DNA of 64,000 nt, taken from the NCBI GenBank assembly GCA_964016885.1, contig OZ024742.1, forward strand, positions 266,848,001 to 266,912,000, written 5' to 3'. Every line of letters starts with the position of its first letter. The first letter of the stretch is position 1. The stretch comes from Eledone cirrhosa. Its lineage: Eukaryota. Shown in pieces: positions 53,900 to 64,000 of this stretch. The notes under the pieces are model-generated. The model was not told where the DNA came from and ran no database searches. It saw only the letters and a list, made by a program, of their open reading frames with translations. Made by a program: the position numbers and the translations under genes.

Positions 53900-56800
53900 C
53901 GTATAAGAAAATAAATTGTCAACAACACCAACAAGAACAACGACAACGACAACAACACCCCCAACGAAAACAAGAACACTTTCGCTGCGGCAGCAGCAAA
54001 AAAGAGGCCATGCTTCAACATGGACCTCTCAAACAAAGATGAAAAGTTGGCCCAGGCATGGAAGCTCATCAAGCAAGAGCAAACCTGGGCCAACTTAACT
54101 GTCCCGGTAGAAGCTATTGAGGCAGTGGCGCGCAGAACGGTGCATTATAGATGCATCTCAGCACAAACCAAAAGGGCAGATTTAATCCCACAAGAAGATG
54201 TCGAAGTCGCGCTGAAGTGCATCAGAGAAGATACTGAATACATAGAGAGGGGCAGACAGTACAGCACCATTTCGGTATTGTTCAAGTTAGAAGCCCTCGC
54301 TATGAAACACGCTATGACTCCTTGCAAAACCAGCAAGGTCATAATGTACTCCTCCCACATGGGAAAAAGAACGGCTCGTCTCCGCATTCCCAGAATCCCA
54401 CCAGGACTTGACCTGTGGTGGCTTCTGGGATGTGTGGTTGTGGAGGGGTCGGATACCGTCCCTATAGAAGTTACCAGAACGGCCAGAGAGGACTGGTCCG
54501 GGGTTGACCTGGAGATCCTTCTCCAGATCAGGCCCGAGAATGTGAAGACAATCCCGGACCACATCCGCCTTTAGAATGGGACGGTCATTCACATTATGAC
54601 CGAAGGCAAAAGGCCGCAGTGTTTTGTTTGTGGGGAAAAAACCCATTTGCGAGCCTTCTGCCCTCAACTGCTGAAAGAGGCAAGGGGTCGAAAGGCTCCA
54701 CTGCTGCCGACGCCGGGGCGAGCACCACAACCAACACCAGCACCGGCAAAACCACCAACAACAACACCAATAGAAAGACCACCACCAACATTGACCACCC
54801 AGGGAGGAAGCAAGGAAAGCTGTCAAATTCCCCCTCCCCCCAAAATACACATACCAATAAAACCATAAACATACATACAGACACACTTACAGACACAGAC
54901 TCCTCATCTACCAGTAGTGAAGATGAGGGAAAACCAAAATCACACAAAATACAAAAAAGGAAACACAAAAAGAAAAAAAAAACTCAACAAAGCACAAAAT
55001 CACCCACAAAAAAAAACGCAGACACCACCCACGCAAACATCTCTCCAATAACACCAACATCAACACCACCAGCACCATCACCAGAATCCCCCAAACGCAA
55101 ACAACCTAAACAGACGCAAGAACAAATATACACACAGACATCTGAAACCACAGACACCGCACTCACAACAAACACAGACACAACCGAAACAACACCACCA
55201 AAACCATCACCACCACAACCAAGCAAACAAATAAAATCACACCAACAAAACATACAAAACTTCGTGTTCCTCAGCAGGGCCAACAAGGAACTGATGGCCC
55301 TCGTGGCACGAAGTGAAAATATACAAAAAGAAGGAGACATTTTTAAATCGAGCACATTTCGCGTGCCGGAAGATTTGGAGGCGGGGTGGCAGTGCTGTTT
55401 AGGAAAGGCCTGGATCTCGAGGTAAGGTCGATCTTCCGGGACCCGGACGGGAAGTTGGTGGTTCTGGACGTGAACAATAACGAAGGTGGTGCCTTTAGAC
55501 TTGTGGCCGTCTATGCTCCTACTGGAGAAGGACCGCCGCACTTCTTTAGACGCCTGGAAGCCTTTCTGGGCACGTCTCGCCCTTTACTGTTAGCGGGGGA
55601 CTGGAACGGCATCTTAGACGCACGCTGGGACTGTGTGGGAGTATCCGATAGGAGCGGGGGGTGGGGTGGGGTGGGTGGTGCAAAGGCCTCAAGAACCTGA
55701 TCAGCCAGTTCCAACTGTCTGACAGGTACCGACTAGATTTCCCTAATGTGCCAGTGTGGACATAGGCTAACCGCATAGGGTCATCTAGATCGTATATAGA
55801 CAGGATGTTCATTAGGAAAATAGACAGAAATAGTGTAAGCTGTTCACGTTTTGAAACGGTGGCCTATTCAGATCAAAGTTTGTGATCTGTATGGTCGACC
55901 TACATAAGACACGTAGGTTAGGACCTGGTTACTGGAAGCTAAACATGTCATTTCCGGCACGCAAGGCTTACAGGGACCAGGTCAACAATTTAGTTAAGAA
56001 AAAGTTGACAGGGGCAGTCGTCAACAATAGATGGTGTGGGGCTCTCAAAAGAAAGATTAGAGTAATGTCGATAGAGTTTAGCAAAGAAGTAGCGTTAGAG
56101 AAAAATAGAAAGGCGGGGGAGTTGGTAGATAAGTTAGACGAGGCTATTGGTAGTGGCATTGCAACTGACGTGCTAGCGGCGAGAATGGCATTAGACCATT
56201 TCTTCAATGCGAAACACGAAGGTTGCATTGTCAGAGCTAAGGCGCGTGCTCTGAGAAACGAGGGAACCAAAGCTGTTCGATGGGCCCGCATGACAGAGGC
56301 GCAGCGTGGTAATAAAACCACGATTCGGTCTTTGACGGATCGAGACGGACACGAGCTGAGCGATTCCAAGCGGATGTGTGAGGCCTTTCGCCAACATTTT
56401 GCTCGGTTGTTCGGGGGAAGTGGCGGGTCAGAGATGGTAGCGGACTTCAGTCCCTACCTCGACGGCTGACGCTGGGCGCCGCGAAAGGCCAATCACTTCA
56501 GCCGAGATTCAGGATGTCCTTGTCGGCTGCATCAGGCGCAAGTCACCCGGTTTGGATGGTGTGCCCTACGAGCTTTACATAAATATACCAGACTTGTTCT
56601 CCAATCTCCTCGAAGCCCTCTACTGCAACCGGCAGCAAAACGTGAGTATTCCCAGTTCTGTGAGCCGGGGCGTAGTGACGCTGATGTGCAAAGAGGAGAA
56701 CAAGAGGGACACATTAGACAATTTCAGGCCCATAACTCTGCTCAACACAGAGTTTAAGATTTGGGCCAGGATGTTAGTGAACAGGTTGGCGCTTGTCGTC

Positions 56801-58877
56801 GGGGATTTGGTTGGGGAGGCGCAAACTTGCGCAATCCCAACCAGGTCCATACACGACAACCTCCACCTAATGCGATACATCATAGAGAGGGTGGGGTGTA
56901 AACCTGGCTTCGGTGGGGCTCTGATCAATTTAGATCAATCGAAAGCATTCGATAGGGTCGACCATCGGTACCTAGAGGCTGTCCTCAAGGCGGCTGGCTT
57001 CGGCCCCGTCCTCAGAAGCTGGATCGCTGCAATGCACTGCGGCACCTGCACGATGGTCAAAATTAATGGCCACCTCTCGGAACCGTTTCAGGTCTACTGA
57101 TCGGTCCGTCAAGGTGCCTTCTCTCCTCCCTTCTGTACGTATTGACTCTCGAGCCTTTACTGCGGAAGCTGGAGCTGTTGCAGGGCATCCCGCTCGAACC
57201 GGGACGCGGAAAGGCTGTGTCGGCTTATGCGGACGACATCACCGTGATGGTGTCGGACACCTCAGAAATGGAGGTGGTCGGCAACTTATTGGAGGAATAT
57301 GAAAGGTTGACGGGAGCAAAACTTAACCCGGAAAAGTCGGTGGGCTTGCAACTCGACACCTGGAGAGGCAAGTCCATGCCGTCCAACAGCGTCGTTAGGC
57401 ACTGGAGGGACGGACCGGTAAAGTTGCTAGGGCTTTGGTTCGGGCCAGACCTCCAGGTGGATAAGAATTGGGACGAGGTGACGGGAAGGGTAGCCAGTCT
57501 CATCCAGAAATGGGCTGGGATGAAGCTATCACTGAAAGGTCGGGCGGAAGTGGCGAACGCGTACATCGCGTCCGTCATCTACTACCGTCTGACCGTCGTC
57601 CCTTACCCCCGTTCGCGCCTCGCCATCTTGGAGCGGCTCCTCATCATATTCTTGTGGAGGGGTCAGGTTCGGCTGGTGAAGCGGTCCATCTGCTGCCAGC
57701 ACCCTTTTCGTGGAGGGCTGGGCATTCCGTGGCTAATGATGCGCAGGTATGCGCTGAGGCTGCGGCATCTCCAGATATTCTGCCTAAATGGTGAACAGGT
57801 GTGGTCGCCGTTTGTCAGACGGGCCTTTCCGCAGCTCGTTTCTTTTACTGAGCTGCAGTCCTGGGTCAAGAAGATACCGAGACTGGGTGACTGGCATCAG
57901 GAATGTTGCCAGGCACTCACTGCCCTCTATCAGGCGGGCAATGTGGTCAGTGGAACTTCCACTCTCGAGTTCTATAGAAGATTAGTGGTGGGCAAGCGCG
58001 ACGACGCACTCGGAGAGGCTCTGGGAGTCAACGAAGTCGAACTAACCAGTCTGTACCGGAGGACTTTCGAGCCGGAGACGATGGATCATTTCCAAAAATC
58101 CCTCGCTTGGCATTGCTACCAGGGGGGGGGGGCACTGCCGGTTCGAGATAAACTCTACAGGCACGGAAGTGCTGTCAGACGGACCTGCCCGAGATGCGCG
58201 CAGAGCGACGAAATTCCACAAGTCAGTAATGCACGCACTCGTCCAGTGTCTGTGCATTACTGACTAGTGGAATTATCTTGAACAGCTGTTGTCTCCTGTA
58301 GAACGGATCCGGCTATCGCCGCCTTCTTTTGGCCAGGAAGGGCAGGCAATTTTCCTCTGTCTGGTGGCTGTAGCGAAAGAGGTTGTATGGTGGACGAGGT
58401 TGAAAGGACTGAAGACAGACACTTTTCTCTTCGGCCAATCCCTCATCAACTTTTTCAAGTTTCACTTGGAAAGGAAGGTGTGAGGGTGGAGAGAGAAGTG
58501 CTGTCCTCCAATACATTTGCTGAAAGGTGGGTGAATGTGGCGAGAATGGCCCGTGTGAGTGGGCCTACTCTGGTCATGCGGCAGTAGGTAGGTACATTTG
58601 AGGAGGAGAAGGGGTGCCCTTCCAGGGTGCTCTCGAAGCGTCGGGTCGTTCAGGATTGGTGGGGTACCTAAGCGAACCCTGGGTGGTCATCCCCCTTATT
58701 GGGGAATTTTTTCTTGTTTTTATTGTTACTTTGTTATTGTTACTTTGTTATTGTTATTCATATTGTTTACTCGATTTTTCTGTAAAACCCCACTGTCCCA
58801 GTCTTTTGTATTGTTCCCTATACGTCGGCCCTTGTGGCCAATAAATGAAATCATTATTATTATTATTATTATTATTT
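53900..58877 (+). mobile_element. Tx1/L1-clade LINE copy D (divergent ORF1 subfamily)
   Basis: ORF1 CFVCGEKTHLRAFC; deletion across the ORF1/ORF2 junction at ~55375; GPGYWKLN, RPITLLN, DQSKAFDRVDHRYL, AYADD, CPRC; 3' end cggcccttgtggccaataaatgaaatc(att)n. Confidence 0.92.
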
Positions 58878-61800
58878 GAAGGTGAAGCGACGCTTTTTAT
58901 CGCCTCCAGTTTTTTCAACAGTTTATCTCGTTTTAACCTTTTAACCTTTTTACCTTTACCGTTCTAAACCTTTTATTCAAGTTTTAAACTTGATAAAAGT
59001 TTAGAAGAAGTGACCCACCTAATACAGGGGTTCACTCGTAAATAATATGGGGTGTCGTATTATGTAAAAATATTATTTGAAAAAGAAATTTCTTTCAACA
59101 TGGATAACACAAGAAAGAGAGAGAGCGCTGTCAGACAATACAGAGAGAGGGAGACTTTGTCAACATATCAACAAGACAGCGTTCAAGCGAAGGTAAATAT
59201 AAAAGAAAATATTACGAAGGAAAAGAGAAACAATATCATGTTTAATGATATTGTTACAGATTTAAAATTACCAAATATTTCTAACACAAACAAGCATCAC
59301 CACCAACAAGCATCACCACCAACAACAACTAAACCACCACCAACATCGCCAAAAATACCAGCATCGCAAACACAAAAAAACACACACACCCAACAGCAAC
59401 AAGAAGAAAACAGCAACGAAATTACCTCTCCCCAAAAACGTACACAGCCATAAACATGGAAAATAAAGAACTCATACAATATATAAAGGAGCACACAGAC
59501 ATCACAGAAAAAACTACTCCACCCCACTAACACCAAGAACTCTCCCGACAAACATAAGCATCATTGATATCAAAATAGAACAGTAAAAACTTTTAAAACA
59601 AAAATTCCTCAACGCAGTTGGAGACATCAGATAGTCGGTTACCAAGAGGATATCCACTGACATCCTCTTGGAAACACCCATTACCAGCCAAAGGAACAGT
59701 TCTACTGTCCCTTCACCACAGGATCAAGGTAAGTGATCCTTTCTCACTTGCCCCGTTTCTCATCCAACATGGCCGTACCCAGAATAGGCAGTATAAATGT
59801 ATGTGGCCTGGGGTAATCTTTGAAGCAGGTTCACCTGCTCAACGACCTCAGGTCACTATACATAGATGTGGTGGCCATCGGCGAGACCAGAATCTCCGAA
59901 ACACGCGCCTTCGCACTGATCTTCGGCGGCTACGATGTATACGCATCTCCCTACCGTCCAGGATCGGTGGGAGAGGTGGCAGTGCTTTTTCGGAGAGGCT
60001 TGGATCTCGCCATACGGGCCATCTTCCTGGACCAGATGGTAAGTCGGTTGTGCTGGACGTGACCGGCTGCGAAGGCAATGCTTTCAGTCTAGTGGCCGTC
60101 TATGCCCCGACAGGAGCAGGGCGGCATGATTTCTTCCGGCGTCTGGAGACCTTTCTTGGAACGTCCCGCTCTTTAGTGTTAGTGGGCGACTGGAACGGGA
60201 TCTTAGATGCACGCTGGGACTGTGTGGGATCAGCGGATAGGGAAGGAGGGTGCAAAAGCCTCACCAACCTGCTCAGGCGTTTTGGACTGTCTGACAGGTA
60301 TAGACTGGATTATCCGAATGTGCCAATGTGGACATGGGCAAACCGCATCGGGTCATCCAGATCGTATTTAGATAGGGTATTCTGTAGGGAAACAGATAAG
60401 GCTAGTGTAGGTTGTCCACAATTTAAAGTAGTCGACTACACGGACCACACATTTGTGATCTGTGAAGTTAACTTAGACAGACTCCATAGGCAAGGGCCCG
60501 ACTAATGGAAGCTGAACGCGTCGTTCCCGGCGCGCAAAGTTTAAGATTTTGGCCAAGGTGTTAGCAAAGAGATTAGCGCTTGTCGTCGGTGATCTGGTGG
60601 GAGAGGCGCCGACATGCGCCATTCCAGATAGATTCATCCACGACAAACTCCATCTCATGCGATACATGATAGAGAGGGTGGTTAAGGAACCTGCACAGCT
60701 GGGGATCCCATCAACTTGGATCAATCTAAAGCATTTGATATGGTCGACCATCGGTACCTTGTCTGCGGCCCTCGAGGCGGCAGGTTTTGCGCCCGCTCTT
60801 AGGGGCTGGATCGCTGCGATGCACAGCGACATCTGCTTGATTGTGAGGGTGAATGATCACCTGTAGCAGCCGTTCAGCATCATGCGCTCGGTCCGCCAGG
60901 GTTGTCCCCTCTCGTCCCTTTTGTACGTACTGGACTTCGAGCCATTACTGCGAACTGGGATGCGGGAGATCCTTGTCGGCTTCTGCCGACGACGTCACCG
61001 TGGCGGTGTCGAGCACCAAACACGCCTAGATGCTCGACACCACTCTCAAGTATACGAAGCGGTGACAGGAGCAAAGATAAACCAGGAAAAGTGGGTGGTC
61101 TTGCAACTCGGTACCTGGAGAGGCAAGTCCATGCCATCCTACAGCGATGTGGGGCGCTGGACAGAAGCACCGGTTAAATTGCTCGGGGTTTGGTTCTGTC
61201 CAGACCTCAAGATGGAGAAAAACTGGACCGAGGTAACGAGCAGGGTGGCCTCTCTCACCCAGAAATTGGCCGCGAGGAAGCTGTCTCTGAAAGCTCGGGC
61301 GGATGTGGTATATGCGTACATAGCGTCCTTCATCTGCTACCGCCTTACCATCGTACCTTGCCCCACCCAACTCTGACCAAAATGGAGCGCGTTCTCTTCC
61401 GCTTTTTCTGGAAGGGACATGCTCCCATGGTCAGCCGATCCATTTGCTGTCAACACCTTGCGTGGAGGACTAGGCATGCCGTGGCTGATGATGCGCAAAC
61501 ATGCGCTGAGGCTGCGATATCTCTGGTGCTTCCTTGACGGTGAACAGGTGTGGTCGCCGTTTGCCAGACGCGCTTTTCCGCAGCTCATCTCCTTGACGGA
61601 GCTGCAATCCTGGATCAGGAAAAGACTGAGGTTTAGCGATTAGAAGCTTGAATGTCTCCAAGCGCTCACCGCCCTCTACGAGCTGGGCACTAGTATCGGT
61701 GGAACATCCACCTCGGTGTTCTATAGTGGGCTAGTGTAGGGAAAGTGCGACGACATTCTCGGGAAGACCCTGGGCGTCGAAGACGATCAGCTTTTGCTCT

Positions 61801-62677
61801 CTTCCGGAGAACGTTCAGCCCAGGGCCTATGGATAACTTCCAGAAATCCCTGGCCTGGCAGTGCTACCGGGGAGCTTTGCCGGTTCGAGATAAGCTCTAC
61901 AGGCACGGAAGTGCCGTCGGCCGAGTCTGTCCAAGATGCGCGCAGAGCGACGAAACCATCGTGCACGCACTCGTTCAGTGCCCGAGCATTGCTGACTTGT
62001 GGAGCTATGTCGAACAGTTCCTGTCGCATGTAGGACCGATCAGGTTATCGACTGGGTCCATTGTGCAGATGATCTCGCCGTCTTCCTTCGAGGAGGAAGG
62101 GCAGGCGGTTTTCATCTGCCTGGTGGCCATGGCGAAAGAGATTGTGTGGTGGACAAGGTTGAAAGGGTTGAAGACCGACACTTTCCTCTTCGGCGAATCC
62201 CTGATTAACTTTTTCAAGTTTCACTTGAAGAGGAAAATGAGGGTGGAGAGGCAAGTGTGGTCTTCTAGCAAGTTTGTTGAAAGGTGGGTGAATGTAGCGA
62301 AAATGGTCCGAGTTAACGGGACCACTCTGAATATACGCTTGTAGTTTGAGGAATGGGAAACCATTGAGAGAAGGCGCTTGCCCTGGTGGTCAGAGTGGCC
62401 GTGGTCTTTTGTGTGGTTTTCGCCACGAGTAACCCTCGGAGGTTTCCCCTCCGTTGGGGAATTTTTCATTGTTTCAATTTTCATTTTTATTGTTTATATA
62501 TATATATATATGTTTCTATGTCTATTTTTTTTTCTTTTCTTATATAAATAATAAAAATCTTTACACGCACAAAACCCACATCGTACCGTCCTGTACCGTC
62601 CGGTGTCGTCTGTAATGTTTTTCTTGATGTCAGCCCTTGTGGCCAATAAAGAAATCATTATTATTATTATTATTATT
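58878..62677 (+). mobile_element. Tx1/L1-clade LINE copy E, internally deleted, mosaic
   Basis: Starts right after the tail of D; shortened ORF1; APE 59770-60530; jump to RT at ~60537; CPRCAQSDETIVHALVQC; 3' UTR nearly identical to copy A; (ATT)n tail. Confidence 0.92.
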
Positions 62678-62779
62678 TAATTTTTAAACTTTTAACCTTT
62701 AAAGGTTTAACTTTTACACCTTTAAATAACTTTTATTTCCATTTTTAATTGTATCTTATCTATCTATTTTACCTAGTTA

Positions 62780-63760
62780 TTATTGGTTTGGGAAATCCTA
62801 TGGATGCATCATGCGCAAGGACATAGAAATAATCGAGTTGGATATCCAATCGCGTGGTTAAACCACTAGGAGTGAAGGACCCAAGCCTTTGTCAGGGCAT
62901 TCTTCTAGGAGAAAGTAACTTAGGAAACTGGGATAACTCTGACATAAAAACAGCGGCTCAGTAGTTACTGCTGATGTTGATATTTTCTTCTTTTCGGGTT
63001 ATAGCTACTGTCGCTCAGAGAGTGGGATTGGCTCAGTGCACAGACTGAGTGTAACAGCAATGGTATGCTTCTGTTGCAGATGTATGAGGAGGTAGATCTG
63101 TGTATTACCAACACCATCTTTCAGCAAAAGAATAAGTTTAATACAACATGGATGCACCCTGAAGAATTCTAGGATACCGAAACAACTCTTTTATAGAGAG
63201 TTAGTTAAAGGAAAACGACCTCCACCTAAACCAAAATAGAGGTATAAGGATTCGTTGAAAGTCTCCTTGAAAGACGCTAACATCTCTGCTGGTACATGGG
63301 AAAGCGTAGCTGCAGATCGTAGTAAATGGAGGAAAATTATACTTGAGAGGAAAGTTGCTTTTGAAGCATCTCAATTGCATACGAAAAAGTAAACAGGGAT
63401 GTCAGGAAAGGCATTGCTGTTACATTTCCAGACAGCAATGGTCCTCCCATGGAACTGACATGCAACATCTGTGCAAAGCTCTGCCTCAGCAAAGCTGGAC
63501 TCAAAAGTCATCTTCGCAGTTATAAAGTGAGACCAGTAGTTGACTACCAGGCTGCTGTTGGAGATGCTAGTCATCATATCTGTCAACCATGTGGAAAAGA
63601 GTGTAGATCAGCAGCACAGCTGAAACGACATGAAAAAGTACATGATCAACCACAGTCGGCTATTGCCATTGAATATTTTTATCATGGTTGTCAACTCTGT
63701 GCAAGATATTTTAAAACAGTAGGCTAAAAAGCCACATCCGATCGCATAACCGTTAATTAT
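62780..63760 (+). mobile_element. Internally deleted RTE-clade LINE ending in C2H2 zinc fingers
   Basis: 63053-63160 reads NSNGMLLLQM...LCITNTIFQQKNKFNTTWMHP (RTE APE); 63171 onward RIPKQLFY.EL..GKR...RYKDSLK...WESVAADRSKWR (RTE C-terminus); then CNICAK...H, CQPCGK...HEKVH, CQLCAR. Confidence 0.8.
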
Positions 63761-63834
63761 GAAATTATATATATATATGATAGAAAACACGAGGAAGTGT
63801 CGTTTACATATGAAAAATATTTATTGCGTATCGA

Positions 63835-63925
63835 CATGTTACGCGCGTTTCACAGAGGATTGGCCCAATGGGACCCATAGGAGTTATGGACTCGACTTCA
63901 GTATCGATCTGCTCCTCAGACTGGT
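63835..63925 (-). ncRNA. Hammerhead ribozyme-like motif in a PLE-type terminus
   Basis: Minus strand: gt CTGAGGA gcaga-(long loop)-tctgt GAAA cgcgcg TA ac, followed by AATAAA; stem I weak. Confidence 0.6.
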
Positions 63926-64000
63926 GATGCAACTCTGTCTGTGCATAGAATGTTTGATTTGGTACCTACACCAGTATTTCACCCTACTACCTATACATAT

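Noticed and set aside
63449-63727. Host C2H2 zinc-finger gene
   Set aside because: Contiguous with RTE C-terminal motifs, lacks TGEKP linkers, and the third finger is interrupted by a stop.

Overview
AT-rich, microsatellite-dense animal genomic DNA. The SINE family and (TA)n/(AAT)n landscape resemble an octopus or other coleoid cephalopod (inference). Host coding sequence is sparse: a SEA-domain exon (6297-6451, NGSVV motif), a possible upstream exon (4090-4184) and a 2.4 kb Thr/Ser-rich mucin-like exon (49597-~52039), all on + and phase-compatible, suggesting one SEA/mucin gene with a ~43 kb intron. The rest is mostly retroelements: seven copies or fragments of a Tx1/L1-clade LINE, often head-to-tail through (ATT)/(AAT) repeats; R4/Dong RLE-LINEs (one intact except for a single TGA); Penelope-like elements with hammerhead ribozyme cores; tRNA-derived Meta/MESC-type SINEs; an internally deleted RTE ending in C2H2 fingers; and mariner and CR1 fragments. 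Main leads: (1) the SINE and the Tx1 LINE share a 3' CUUGU-loop hairpin plus AGAAA-(ATT)n tail, with a compensatory change in one LINE copy, suggesting a stringent L1-clade LINE/SINE partnership; (2) recurrent fold-back duplications centred on (TA)n; (3) several self-cleaving-ribozyme-like motifs; (4) inverted repeats bracketing the mucin exon. All calls were made by eye; boundaries of decayed elements are approximate.
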